A stretch of 64,000 bases of DNA from Podarcis erhardii (GCA_964252035.1 OZ176200.1); one strand, 5' to 3'; numbered from the stretch's first letter, positions 37,037 through 51,879 are shown. Notes: a model not told the origin generated them from the letters alone. Numbers and translations: made by a program.

Positions 37037-37643
37037 CATAGCTGTCAAGTGTCCCTTATTTGAAGGTACAGTCCCTTATTCCAGCGTCATGTCCCGCTGC
37101 TGTCCCTTACTGATGGATGTCCCTTAAATGTCCCTTAAATGATGTCCCTTAAATTTCAAAGGAAGCAGCTCCTCTCCCTCCCTCCCTGCCAGCCAGGGAG
37201 GAGGGAGGCTCCAACTGTGTTGCTTGGCTATGTTGCTCACCCAATAAGAAGTCTAAGAACGACTGGGGGGTGGAGCTTGCATGCCTTGTGTGTGGCTAGT
37301 TAATGCAAGCTGAGGGGTTTTTTGAATGCTGGGTGCCATTTTGTTGCACGTGCTGCTGCAAACTTTGCAGTGCAAAGCCAGGCCGGGGAGCCATCTTAAG
37401 TTGAGTCTGCATAGGCCTTGTGGTGCATGTGATTCAGATTCTATTCAGTTGAACCTCTGGTTACAAAGTTGGTTGGACAGTGTTCATGAAGCTACCCAGC
37501 ATGAGTTTGACCAGACTGCAGGAGGACAGGAAGACTGGAGTGCCTGGAACAGGTGAGGCTGCAGGTCCCTTATTTTGGCTGCTGGTCCCTTATTTTCAAG
37601 GCTGCTGGTCCCTTATTTTCAAATCTGTAAGTTGACAGCTATG
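37037..37643. mobile_element. hAT-type MITE, complete
   Basis: 12-bp TIR catagctgtcaa / ttgacagctatg, perfect 8-bp TSD gactgagg (37029-37036 and 37644-37651), and multiple GTCCCTTA subterminal repeats. Confidence 0.92.
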
Positions 37644-40457
37644 GACTGAGGTTGATGGGGCAGTGCCTCATTTGCCACAATGAACCAGCTACCACAGACT
37701 CAACAAACCACATTTTCGCTTCTTGTCTGGAAATGTCAAAAGAGGGAAGTTATCAAGCACCCAATGCGTTTCCTGATTCATTTAATCTTTTGTGAACGAA
37801 AAGTGACACATACATTAAAAAAAAAAATACCCTGGAAAAAGCAGAGACTACAAATTCTACAGAAGTCTCAGCTGGATAAAACGTACTGTACTAAATATCT
37901 TTAATTTGACTGTATATTTTATACTTGTAAGCAACCTTAAAAAATAATAATTCAAGGACACCACAATTATTTTTCTTCAAACTTGGAAACCAAGAAGTTG
38001 TGATACACACAGGTCCATCTTTTGAAATCCACCAATGATCCCGGAGTCCAGACACATTATTTGTGGGCCACACTCCCACTAGTCATTTCATGCTAGAGAA
38101 CATTTGTACATTATCAACAAACCTCAGCAATTGATAAGCAACCTGCATTAGTGCTCCTGTCCCCACTCAATAGTCACTCAATATTCTATTAAAGCAAACA
38201 TGTTGCTTTCATCTGTCACACTAATCTCTTCATTATGCTTCTCCTTGGTGGCACATATATTATGTGGTGCAATATAATTTGCCACCATAGGTTATTAAAA
38301 ACCATTAGCCTGCTTCATTTTTAAATGGCAAGACTATCTGTCTAAATAACAAGCAGTGACAACTCTACAAAAGGGCGGGGAAGATGCGGTACCTGTCATG
38401 AATGCAGAAAAATATAATGCTTCATCACTAGCATATTCTTGGAGTCTAGAGTGCGGAAATGGGCTTCTAACAGCAATGAAACCCAATAACTGATAAAGTA
38501 CCTTTTGCCTTCTCATTGTCACCATGACCCTTATTTCTGCCTAGACAACTTATTCAATTATTTGCAGATTTGAGGGCTGTCACCAAAGTCTACTAATACT
38601 GAAACTCTGGTCAGAATGTCTATGTGGCCCAAGGCAAATCTCAATTAAAAACAACAATAACAAGCAAAGACTTAAGGTTCTCATATGGCTGGATCTCTAC
38701 TTGCACCCTTCCATGAATGGAAGAGCTACTTCTTTTTGCATTGAGACCGAGACCCAGTGGCAACTCCCATTCAAGGACTTGGGAAACCAATTTTTGCCAA
38801 TTCCCACCTCTTAGGTTGCTCCATCCCCCAGCTCTATAGGGAATACAGGTGACTGCAGGGATATTTTCCTTTTAAAGTGAGAGGTATTTGCAGTGTCAGT
38901 GGAAAGAGATGAAGGTTTTTGTGTTTTTAAAAGAAACCAAAATTTAAAACAAAATGATAGTACATAGAATGCTATACAAATGAAACAACAACAAAAACAA
39001 AATCCAGTTTAAACTTCACTTGTGGAAAAACATTATTTAAAAAATAACTCTAAACAAGGAAACCAAACACATGCACTAATAGTGGCGAAAACATTAATGA
39101 AGGAAAAGCAAAAAAAAGGAAAGAAAGGGAAACTAAATTCACAGAATGATGCTATAATTGTATTTATTAAAAGGGAAAAAAACAAGGAGGCTTAACACAT
39201 CTTAAAATCACAGCACAGATTCAATCAACAAAGCATCAGTATTAACAATTATTTAAAAGCACAGACCAGTTAAGGGATAAAATGATATAAATCTGAGCAG
39301 TAATTTTAAAAACTGTACATTTAAAAAAGTATTTACAGAGCTTTTCAAACAGCAGTCTATTGATGCCCCTTGAAAAACCTCTTTAGTAACTAAGAGAAGT
39401 TTCCAGTGCAGTTTGTTATACTGGACTGGGCTCCATTGTTCCATTAAATGAAGTCAAAAATTTATTTGGAGAAGCCTAAAGTTCCTGCTTCAAACAAAGC
39501 CATTATGTTTGAAGCAGCTGAGCGAAATTAATCTCACTGTTGGAAAAAGTAACCTGTGGAGGAGCCTATAAGTCACACCTTAAAAGATAAAATTTTCTCA
39601 ATCCTCTAATTTTAAATCTGCTGAAAGGAGGGTCTGAAGCCATCTAAACATGTATTTCCATATAGTGCATTGCTTGCTGTTGCCAATCTTTCCATTCATA
39701 TCCTATTGAGAATGATGATCTGCTGACAAAGCTACAGAGCTTGGGGAGTGGTCTTTAAAAGCCTTTAAAATGTAGCACACAGAACTAAATAATTCAACAG
39801 TTTCTTGAGTGCTCCTTACAAGGCAACTTATGACTTGATTATTTTCTGGAATGCTCACCTGTACCACAAGCTGAGCTCCTTGCACTGTGCATTCCCTACA
39901 CACATGCACTTCTCTCCACACCACCACACTATTCCAGAAGTTCCCTCCAGACCAGATTTTTCTAGAGTTACAAGGGGCTGCAGAAGGGAAAAATGGAATT
40001 TGTAGAAATTGCCTTCCCACTTTCTTTTCAGTGGGAACATCCAGTGCATGGGGTGCCATGTGCAGAAATTTTGGATCCAACAAAACATCAACACTGTAGT
40101 GAGGCTTTGACAATCACCTGCTGTGGTTGGCTGCCGCAACAAACTCTAGGTGGGTAGGCAGAGAATTTTCATGCATGAGAAGAACTGTAATGTATATTCC
40201 AGGAATTATCTTAATAGACCAGTTTTTCCTCAAGGGGATCAAAGTTGCAAGGTCTTCTGTTTTTCCTTGCCTCTGTGCTGACTCAGGAACACTTGCTGGT
40301 TTTTCATTGATATACAAGTCTTATACCAAGTGCTGCCTATTGATAAGAGTCAGCAACAAAAACTATGAAAGAAATCTTGGAGGAACAGAACTCCCCATAT
40401 TAATTGGTAGTCCTGTTTGTGTTTAAAATTCACACCAAACGTGGCAGAAAACAGTGA

Positions 40458-40460
<3 letters not shown>

Positions 40461-40494
<34 letters not shown>
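40461..40494. repeat. (CT)17 microsatellite
   Basis: direct reading. Confidence 0.95.
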
Positions 40495-40499
<5 letters not shown>

Positions 40500-43400
40500 C
40501 TTTCTCCAGTATAAATTGCTTTCTTAAAAAAGGTCACCATTCTGCTAGTAAAGGTGTGATCCACTTTGACCTCAGTTTTACTGTGTCCTCCCAGTTTATA
40601 AGACAGAACATAAACCCATCTGTGTAGAAAGCACCAGTGGAGTGACTAGATTTTTGTACGAAGAACAGTATACAGGTTGAAGGTGAACTGCTAACTTTTA
40701 TTACTGGTCCCTCATAAATACCAAGAGATATTAGATGTCAGAATATTGACAACACCAAACTGCAACTAGGGATAGGTGAATCTGTCGATTTTGGTTTCTC
40801 AAGTTTTCATTTTCTTTTCCCCAGTCTTAAGTTCATTTCTCCACATTTCCACTTTATTAATTTTTAAAAGTCATCATCAATAAAATGCATAAACTGAGAT
40901 TAACCTGGCTGCAACCTTGCTTTGAACAGAGCTTGAGTAACCAGCACTAAAAAAAATATTTTTGTGCAATCTTCTAAGATCTATACATCAAGGTAGAATG
41001 ATGGTTGGCCACCGAGAGGACAGGATGCTGGATTAGATGGGCCATTGACCTGATCCAGCAGGCTCTTCTTAAACTTCATAATCTAAAGGCTATTCCCTTT
41101 CATCTATAAAGTCACTGAACAAAGTATTAGTATATTCATTTGAAAGTTCATTTGCATCTGAGGTGTGTGTGACTTTCAAGCTTTCCCCACAGCAACATGG
41201 ATGTAATTAGATTTAAGAATGAATTCAGTAGTTTCTTAATTAGCCAAACGATGGAGCATTCTAATTGTTTGTGCATGTAGGCACTGGGATGAAAAGAAAT
41301 TGCTTTTTCATAAGAACTGAGTAAAGATATGGCTCTGTGGGGAACACATCATTCAACAGTGGGAGGGGGGAACACAGAGAATCTGTAAAGAACAAATGCA
41401 ATGCCTGTGTTTCAACAATGTTCAACAAAAAGATAAAAGGACCCAGTCCAGAGAAGCAGTAGAAAGTGGTGTACACAAGTAGAATCTGGGAACATAGGCA
41501 GTGAGAGGAGGACACTGACAAGATAAATAGCCATTCACATCTGATCCCAGCATTGAATTGAAAGCTATAGTGCACTCAGTTTAAATCTAATAACCTACAC
41601 AAGTACTGTTCCTTCTGCGTGCACAACACCTTGTGATTTACATGTAGAACATTAGATGGGATCTATCCTATATGTCCTGCTTTCCAACCGCCTGCTACCC
41701 TTCCCTACATGACCAAGTTTCTTTCTTTTTTGAAAATGCATATTAGGTAGGGAAGGACAGCTCCAGGGTAGACACCACTGATGGGATCCCCACCGACCAG
41801 GCACTGGTCTGCCGATATCAGGTGTTTGCATCAGCACTGATGTACAGTACAAAACTGCAATTTCAGCCAAAAGCTAGACCAGGTCCAAGAAAGAACTAAG
41901 GTATCTGGTTTAGACAACTAGTAGGATTGCCTTGGCGAGCCTTCACTTTGGCTCACAACTGTGTTGGCATGACCAAAGTTGCATTAGGGGTACCTACCTC
42001 TCAATTATCTTCTTTTCTGAACTTTTACATGACAGACCTGGGAAAACTGGGTTGTAACAATGAGAATAATGTGACTATTTGAGTGTCAAAAGAATGTTAA
42101 ATGCACACACTATATGTAACTGATCTACAGGCGTGGGGTTCACTTTAGACAGGAATCTCACCTAGGTGTAAATTGAAAGGATGAGCAAAACAACAGGTGT
42201 TCATTTCAGGTATCCTGTCAGACCAAGAAACTATATGCTGAACCTTCGTTTACAAGTAGATGATGTATTCAAGGGGCTATTTCAGAAATAAAATCCTCTC
42301 AACGTACATGCTGTCATGACCTTTCAGATATAAACTAGATTTTCCCACCTAAAAACTACATTTTTCCACTTGGTTCTGTCTTCTTTTTTGAGCCCATCCA
42401 CTTATGCATCACCAAACCCTTCATTTGACATCTTTAGACTCCTTCTTAGTTCCTACACATCTGCAAAATTTTAAGATCAGTTTTTTGCAATGTTTAGCTA
42501 GCTCCAGTCATTTCCTGCTCCTGTTACACTGCTCTCAAGAACCAGTCCTATCATCTTCCATTGTGCTAGGATTGCTCTATTGAGAGCCAGCATAAGTAAA
42601 ACTTTGCTCCTATCACTATACTCTTGGGTTTCCATGATGAAGGGTTATTCTCAAACTGCTTTGTTTCCTTTTGTTGATTAGGGCTCTAATTCGTTTAGAA
42701 TTAGGTGTGTATGAATGTATTAGTTATAAGTGCTGCCTGCATTTCTCCATAAGGCCAATTCACATTAGTTAATCTGGTGGTTAGTTCTATTATTCTTTTC
42801 TTCTAATAAACCTATCTGTGTGAGGCTGTGTTTGTTGAATATATAAGGATTTGATCAGGGACACATTTGGAAGTGTGCAAGGTTTGACTCCACACACAAG
42901 ATGTTGTTGCTCCCAAAAAAATTGTGCATTAGGTATTGTGGGGGGGGGGCACACAGAGGGGTTTCCCATGTGCATGTGCAACAACTTGTATATAGCACAG
43001 CAATGTTGTAGGTTCAAGGGTCAGGGGGATGCAATGCGGGGGGGGGGGAGCTTAGCATGCTTCTCCCCACTCTCCCTTCTCATGTGTAGCTTTTACATGC
43101 AAGCAGGACACCCATTATCAGAGACTGGTTTGGTGACCTGATTTCTATTCTCACCAAGAGATTTTTCCCAGAACATTAATGCATCCTTACAACTATTCTC
43201 ATGCTTTAGCAAACTTGTGCTTGCAAAGTTTATGACTGCCTCAGGCTTACATTATGTGTGTATATACACACATACATAAATGCAATGCATAAATGCTTTT
43301 CTTCAGAAGCTATTCAGTTCAGCTTCTTCTGCAAATTTAGATAGGGCCAAATGCATTTCCAAGAGCACTGTTTCTTGAGATTCGTCCACATTTGTATTTA

Positions 43401-46049
43401 TTTTAAACATTCTTCATGAGGCAATATTCTATACACACACCAAGAAATGCTATGTGTATTTGTTCTGGTTTTTACTTTTGCTTAGCCGTTGTGTATTTTC
43501 ATTTACAGGCTAAAGAATTTTGGGTCCATTTCTGTCTCAGTGTTGTGGACATTTGTATTCCAAAGAGCTAATTACAGAGGTGACCTGAGGCTCTTGAAAT
43601 GCATTATTAATGCATTTTCTTAGTGATGGAGAAACACTAATGTGAACCACTTCTTAGATGTTTGTTTGCCATGCTTCCTAGAGTGAATTAATTTGAGGGG
43701 GAAAGGGGGGGGGAGGGAGAGTCAAAGAACCCTCTTCTACCATCACTCTATAGTACATGCAGCATCCAAGCAGCAATTCAGGGTCCTTATAGACCAACAT
43801 CAGTCTCATCTACAGAAGCAGCTTGTAGAAGTTGTTGCAGTTGTTACCAGAGAAGGGCAAGGTTTTGAGTAGATCAGCGCAGTGTAAATATGTTGGCAGG
43901 AGCACCAAATTGGCTCCACTGGTGCCTTTGCATCATACCAACCTCACCAGTGCCTCATCTCTCCCCTTCTTCATTCTGGTAGCTGCCATGAGTAAGTCAG
44001 AGGGAGGTAAGGTTATCAGGGTAGCCCCACCAAACAAGTACTCTTTGAATTGCAAAAAACAAAATAACAAAAAACTTTGGCGAGGATGATTTAAAAAAAA
44101 AAAAAATCATGACTGTCGTAGGGAAAGGAAGATTGCAACTCCACAACCCTACCACCATACTGCCAAGACTGTCCGATGGTTGCTATTTACATAACAACAA
44201 CAAAAATGTGCACACTAATTGCATTCATGGAATTACCATCAAATCTAGTTTGGACCTGTGATAATACTGATGCCGGTTCGTACAACATTTCCAAGTGTTC
44301 ACCACTGGATGATTGCAGGAGCAAGTGATGCTTTTAGTGTTCGAGTGACCCATCACAGCTAGAAATCCAAGCGGAGTTGATACATCATTGAAATGCAAAG
44401 GCTTTCTAATGGTGCTCATTTACAGATTCAATTCATAGGACACACATATTCATCAAATGCTCTACATATGTGTGAAGTGTAGCACAGTCGGAGAAGACTG
44501 ATACAGAAGTGTGCATGACTCTTCAAAAATAGCCACTAAATGTCAAGTCCTCTAAAAAACTACAAAACTTTGTGTGCCCTATCTTTCTGGATTGTGACCC
44601 TGCAGGAAAAGATCATCTTAGTGCTGGCTTTTGTAAGCCACTCTGAGAGCCTTTCTGGCAGAAAGGGAAGTGTATAAATGCCTAAAATAATTAAATATAT
44701 AAATAACACTCTGGTTAATGCTTACATATGCCCTTCTTGTTTACTTATTTAAAATTTTTATATGCTGCCATTTGTCAGTTTCATAACAACACAGTTTCAT
44801 AATAACATAATATATGCACATAACATAAGATTCATAAAATACAAAAAATATTAGAACATAAGCAATACATTATACATAACAGACAGCACTGCCAAATTAT
44901 TCACAGTGTCAACTCAGCAATAAACTGCACTTTAAATTGTACATAGCCTTCTCATGATTGCATAGAATAGCCTGCTAGAAAATAAGTCCCCAAGTACTCA
45001 ACTAGAATATCTTGCTGTATCAGAATATCATCATTCTGACTCACAGGTGCTGAAAACGGTCACTGAGTTGGTAATTCACCTTGATTCTATTTGACTTTCA
45101 GTCCTCATGTACCTAAATTCTAGGCTCTTATTCTTCTCATGTATTCCCTTGTAATTCTTACTAACCTCCTGTCATTGTAGCTAAACGTATGTGCGCCTCT
45201 GAAGTGGTTATACAAGGTTTGAAATTTCAAAACCTTATATTTGGGGCATCCAAAACCTGCGGCAAACACTTGACCTTTGACCTGAAAGTCAAATATATGC
45301 AGTAAGCTATTGTACAGGTTTTAGTTCCTGCAGAAAATAAGTAGAGATTATGCAGAGAAATAGATAACCAGCCTGCGGGAAAATTCCCATTGAGTCAGGC
45401 TTGGAACCTAGCTGAAAAATCCAAAGCATTTTCATTAGAACTCAGAGAATAGCTTTTACTTATTTCAAGTCCAGTTCTGAAACAAATCAAACTCTGTTCC
45501 ACCCTCAATGATATCACTGTGAGTGCATCAGAGTCTGATCCCTTTGCCAATTCCCGGCCCTCAAACCCTCTCCCACTCATTCACTTACATAGCTAGCAGT
45601 GCAATGGAGTAAATATGGAGTCATTCTCCCCCCCCAACACCCACTGATGCCTGACATGCTGTTCCAGAGCCAGCTCATCACAGACTCCATTTTGCAGAGC
45701 TCCCTTCCTCCCCTCCATTGCCAGGGCTGCAAGGGAGGTAAGTGGGTGTGTGGACTGATGGATAGAACAAAAGGAGGAGGGCAGATGAAATGGAGGAAGG
45801 AAGGTGGGAGGAAAGAAGGAATATTTACATAGTTTATGTGGATGAGATTTTATTCTAAACTTGAGAAGAACTCAGCTGCTCATGTTGTATTTGAGGCGAG
45901 CATTATGAGCCAGTAAACATGAAAATTTCTATAGATTAAAAGAAATACTAACGGTATTCAGTGCCCTCCTCAGTAATGTTCTGCTATACAATCCAGGAAG
46001 AATTACTGAAAGATAGGAAGAGAAAGAGAAGCTGCTGTGTCCTTTTGCT

Positions 46050-46470
46050 CTGTTCAACTGATGTCTTGTACTTGGAGGTGATGCTGGATTGGGGTTGGGC
46101 CAAGAAGCTGGATTCTCAATAGACAGATGTGTTGTGTATCCCAAGTTCTCATGTCTGGGAGGTGAGGACTGCTCTCCACTGGAAGAAACAGTCCCATACT
46201 TTGGGGGTGCTCCTGGATTCAACACTGTCATGCCTCCAGCTGGTTTGCCATCTCTGCTGGACAGAGTTCATAGGGCATTCTCTGCGGCAGCCTCTAAGTT
46301 GTATACCTAGTGCCTTCATTATACAGCTTTTGGCAAATGCTGAAAACAACCTGTTCACCTTGGCTTTTGACACTGAGATGCATATTTTTAGGACTTCCCT
46401 GAATTTTGGAATTTTAAATTGCTTTAAACTGTTCTGAAACTATTTTAAATATTGTATGATCTTGTGCTTT
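46050..46470 (+). mobile_element. Degraded L2 RT / 3' fragment
   Basis: LEVMLDWGWAKKL and HTLGVLLDSTLS resemble L2 WMxxNKLKLN and LGVLLDxxLS. It ends in an LKTxLFxxAF-like sequence and a T-rich tail. Confidence 0.7.
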
Positions 46471-49400
46471 ATTAATAATATTGAGTTAGGGTGAAGGGTG
46501 AGTGATAAATTGCAATCATAAAAGGGTGGTGGCACTGACTGAAAAGTGACAATAAATGTGGCAGCCTTCTTCTGTGCGAGCAGTCCCTCCTTTCAGCAAA
46601 AGCACACTATCCAAAAGAAGAATGCAATAAAATGAACTCCTTCCATTTCTGGTGCTTACTAGCAAGGGCTCACTGCAAGAGAAGTTTCATCTATCGATTA
46701 AAAAGTAGAATGGAATCTTCAAATACTGTGTGAACTAGTGCAGAACAAATAGTAGAACCATAGTGTCATTGTACAGTATAGCCAGCCAATTTATTTGTTT
46801 CATGTCCTAAATGCAAAACAAAGTCTACATTCACATAGCTATTATCCGTTATTTATTAATTATGCATCACACCTTCAATACATTTCAACAATTACTTCAG
46901 CTTTAAAAGATGATGCTATCTATATTTGATAAGAGTGGGACCAAAGCTTACATTCATCGTATTTGTATCATTGTTCTAATTCCTTCAGCGTTAAAAACAC
47001 CCTCAAGGATGTTATTAGTTAAATCTATTATTGTCAAATCTAAGAACACAAAGATCTGACAGAGTTATTGTTTCACTAGCTTGCCTTTGATACCATCTAC
47101 CCCCCTGAAGAAATGAATCAGAACAAAGGATTTATAATTTAGCAGTATTCATAACTTCAAAAGAGTTCTTTTTTAATGACAGTCTAAGAACTGCATGGGC
47201 CAAGGTGACTGATAATCCATGCAGTCAACAGGGACCTGATATTTAGTGGAGTGGAGAAAAATTCACTTTTGGGGTGGGGTGGGGTGGGGACTTCATTGCC
47301 CAGGTTCCAGTCTGTTGGAGAAACAACGCATTTACCAGCTTCCCTCAAGACCACGTCTGTTACATGTCATGAACAGTTTGTGGTTTAATTGTCTATTGCC
47401 TTAAACAGTTTGTTGCAAAGGGGACACAGAAGCTTTATGAACAAACAGATTATCATATTTATACCAACCTAAAACCATGCAGTTTCAAAAGAAACACAGC
47501 GCCAAGTGCATCAGCACAATAGCCCACATCGGAAGTGGGTAAATAGGTTATGTCCAGCTTTGGATGGTGCACTAGTTGTGCCTATTTCAGGTACAACTGG
47601 GCTTGGCCAAGTTGCATCTTTGACTACTGGGGCACCATTTATGTGGGCTGCCATTGAAAACCACTCATAAACTTCAGTTGGTGTTAATGCCACTACTAAA
47701 ATCATGAGTAGAGCATATAAAATAATTCCATTAGATGCCTTATTTTTCTCTTTACTCCTTCTTATTTTGTTTTTCACTCAAGACCAAAGAGTACTGCAAA
47801 TTATCCAGATCATCTGCACATATTTTTGCACCAGTTGTATTTTTACACACAAGAACTAACTCTTGCCCTTAAAACTGATAATGATAAGCTAACATTTTAG
47901 ACATGTGAAAAAAGCTTTGGTGATAAATATTACCACTGTCATTTTTTCTTTGGCAATGCAAAATGTCAGTATCAGATTAAAAAATATTGTGGCAGGGGAG
48001 GGGGGAGTGTGAGTCATACAGGGAAGTATAATATGAAACAATTTGTTTGCTACGCAACATGCCATTACTGATCTGCAACATTTTGCATTGGCTCAGAACT
48101 TGGAATAAGGCATGATGTGACCTGAGTTATGAAGGCACTTCCAATTTCTGTCACGCCATGGCTTAAATTAGGGTATCTGCAAAAATGTCCCACATGGCTC
48201 AAAGTGTACTATAATAAAGACTTTTAAGCCTAAAGTGCTATCCCCATCACCCCATGGCTATTTTCATTCACAGAATCACCTGCTGGTGGAATTTGCTTAG
48301 TGGCTCAGTGCTCTCTGTGTTATCATTCTCTGACAAACCCACAAGAAAACCCACATGGGAAATTAAAGCTAACCGCAGCTCATGCGTTTCCATTCCACTC
48401 TGCCAAATGACCTCCACTGTGAAGGGAGTAGGCAGCACGCACGAGTGGGAAAGATATTGACAGACAGGGCTACGCAAGGAATACATGGGCCTAGGGGTCA
48501 CTTGCATGGTGCCACAGTACCAGAAGAATGTGTGGGCTATAAGCCTCTAGAGAGGGAAGCTCTAGAGTTCCTCCACAGAGAGCTGACCACAAGTTTGGCA
48601 ATATTATTTTTACTGGAGGGAAACTTTCAGTTTTGAAAGCACTTGCCTTTCGCAAAGAAACAGAGGCCAATGCATTCAACCCCAACTGAACAAAGGGTGC
48701 ATTAAACAATCAAGCATTTCTGAACCTCTCCTGTTTCCATGCACATATAAAATCATATGCCTCACTAAAAGGTGTGTTATTCATTCACCCTGGAGGAGTT
48801 TCTAGCTCTATGGGAAATGCATCTTTCCCACTCTCCGGCTTCATGTTGTAGATGAGGTGCTGCTACCTCCCTGAATGAATGAATGAATGAATGTACAATG
48901 GGAACTAGCACAAAGCTGCTCCTGAGAAAATCAGAGAAATGAGTCAAGCTAAGCTTATCCATCACTAAGTATTGGGGTTTAAAAGTTTCGTAGCAGTTAT
49001 AAATGTTAGCATATTACTACTACGTAAATGTCAGACACTAATCCAGCAGCTGCAGAAATTTAAAAGAAGGAAAATGGGATGAGCACTGAAAGGAGGCATG
49101 GTTCTCTAGTAAATCAGGAATGGCTCACCAGATGCTGTAGTTAAAACTCCTATCAGCCTCAGCCAGCACAACCAATGATCAGGAATGATAGGAAGTGGAG
49201 TCCAACAATTTCTACAGGGCTGCAGGTTTCCCCACCCCTGTAATAAATTAATCAGGAGCAACAAGAAGTACCAGGAGTAGCCAGCATGCTTGGATGGTCC
49301 CATGCAGCGACCCTTCCAACAGTGGTCTCATTGCCACTTACTTGGGAGGTGTGGAGGGTAGGGTGTGGTTGGAGGTGTGTGGGCACAGTGTTGGGAAATT

Positions 49401-50148
49401 GGCTTCACCAGTGTGGCCATGTAGCCCTGACCTCACTGCTACCTTCCTCTGATAAGCGGCAGTGACACTACTATTGGAATGGTGGATCTGCCGCACTGCT
49501 CTGCTACCCCAGGTTCTATTGAAACTACACTTCCCCAAGAAGCCAATGAAGGCTCCAACGATGCTCAGAAATCTCAGCGTGAGGAACAGTTTAGAGCAGG
49601 ATTTTTTTCTGTCACAGTATTCACCGGCGCAAACTACCAGCACCTCCCCGCCCCCTCGCCCCCAGCAACTATTTGCAATGATACCCACAGCACTTCTATC
49701 AATCTATGAGTGTCAGCACATCTTTCTTTTTTACATAGAAAAAAACCCACCCTCACTTGTTTAAAGACTAAAACTGTAGTGTTATTTTTAAAAATACATT
49801 ACTCCTTCTTGTGAACAATGAATCAGATTTTACTTTGTCAATGACTTTAAAGTAGCCTTCCGTTTTAAGCTTGGCTGAAATTTTTCTACCTCTGCCCTCA
49901 CTTCCCCTCCCCAGAGAAGCTGGTAAATTTGGGAAATGTAAGGGGAGAAAACTTGGCAGATGGGTGGGCTTGCTCTGAGCCTTTTGCGAGCCAAGGAGAG
50001 AATTAATTTAGAAGGGGGTTGGGTCAGCTCATAATTGCTCTGGGATTTCTCAACTGTGATAATTCATCTGCAGCCCCACTTTCCTGCAAGTCTTGTCCAT
50101 CTCAATAAAGCTAAAGTGAATATTCCAGTTGTGACTTTCTCCTTTGTC

Positions 50149-50175
<27 letters not shown>
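50149..50175. repeat. (TCTG)n microsatellite
   Basis: direct reading. Confidence 0.9.
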
Positions 50176-50180
<5 letters not shown>

Positions 50181-50953
50181 AATCTCCCATGCAGAAATGG
50201 TGCAGTTATTGTGCTGTGGCCCTTAGTCACACAGCAAAATGTCCCAGATGAACAAGTGCCAAGTGTACAAGCCTATTTTTTGCTTTGATTCAAAACTGAA
50301 CAAGAATTAACAGTCCAAATTATGTGCAGAGGTAGTACACAAGTACCTTTCCTTACTGATGCAATTTCCTTCCTCTCTTTTACTTTGTGAAAGGCACTAT
50401 TCTGTGGAGACCTTGGAGACAGCACCCTGCTAGAACTAATGAACAAATTCATGGAATGCAGACGTCTATTTCAGCAAGCCACTGAAGTGGAGAACAGTAA
50501 TGATCAAGTTTGAATCCTGCTTATAACACATCCTTTGAAATTTACAATAGACCGGATGGCTGATTTTGGCTTAGCTTTACATGATTTGAAAAAGGGGATA
50601 AAGGTATATAATTGCTTGCCTGTCCACCTGCTACGTACTCCAGATGCATGCTGTGAGGGTTCGATCAATTTGTTAATGTTTATAACGTCCTCTAAAAATC
50701 TACTGTGCAGCCCTATCTCAATGGCTCTGTTTAAGTCTCAAGACCTCCACAGTGTGGCCCACTGACTTGAGTACAGCCCACCAACCACATGTAGTGGTGT
50801 GCTGGTGCTTCCGATTGCCCCCGTTTTGGCAGTTTCACAAAGGCATCATCATCATCATTAACAACAGAATAGGCACCTGGTAGCCCCAATTATGTGGTTG
50901 GAAGTCTATGCTTGGTTTGTTCAATCATATGTGGTGCAAGCTATCTCAAATAA

Positions 50954-51095
50954 GAGACAGTGTGGTGTAGTTTTAAGACCATGGAGACCTAGATTCAAAT
51001 CTCCACTCAGCTATGATGAAGCTCACTGGATGACCGTGGGCACATCTCTGAATGTCGGCCTTGCCTACCTCACAGGGCTGTTGTGAGGATAAAAT

Positions 51096-51146
<51 letters not shown>

Positions 51147-51200
51147 CATATGTGCTGCCTTGAGGTCCTTGGAGAAACGATGGGATATGAATGTAGTATC
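50954..51200 (+). mobile_element. Same SINE family, with an internal (GA)23 expansion at 51099-51144
   Basis: agacagtgtggtgtag...gattcaaatctcc...ctggatgaccgtggg...cctacctcacagggctgttgtgagg. Confidence 0.78.
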
Positions 51201-51879
51201 ATAAACAAAATCGCTATTAAATTAAATGTTAATTATCTTGATTTAAAAGCATGCAAATGTTATGCAAAGAGCTTATGTTTTGTAATTTACAAAAGAATAA
51301 GATTGGGTTCATATGTCACTTGGCTTGTTTAACGCTCCTTACTGTATTCTAAATCGAGCACACTTGTAGGATACACAGTGCTGGATTCTGATGAACATCT
51401 ATGGAGAGAGTGATCAATAGTTTTAGCTGAAATCTTTATTTGTGTCAGTCACAATCCATAGCAAAGGACTCAAATACAATAAAATACAGATGTAGCTAGA
51501 GGTTTGCTACTCAAAATGGGTTCTGAAAGTTTACAACTATAAAAATCAAAGAGCTAATACACAAATTAAAAAACTAATACAAATAAATATATAAATAAAA
51601 GAGTCAACTCTAATAAAGGCCTCTTATGATAAGGACACTTGCTTTTTCTGGTGCACAATATCAGGTTTTCTAGAGAGTGCATATAATGCCCCCCACCCCA
51701 CCCCGTGCACTATCGGACCCAAGGAATGGATGCAATATTACTACTCACTTTACTTTGTTCACGATGATGAGGCCAATCAAATAACAGAATATTTACCACA
51801 CTGACCTCTTGTTTCCATAACCCAAGCCAAGAACCTCATCTCACAGTTAAAAAGTAATAAAAAGTAATAAAGCACCAGG

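Noticed and set aside
46945-47035. LRR-like peptide LTIIDLTNNILEG in a splice-flanked minus-strand segment
   Set aside because: All frames stop before the donor, and a single LRR-like motif is expected by chance.
48268-48507. Minus-strand ORF or exon (VEVIWQSGMETHELRL...)
   Set aside because: The donor is weak (gtgatt), and there is no recognisable homology or other supporting signal.
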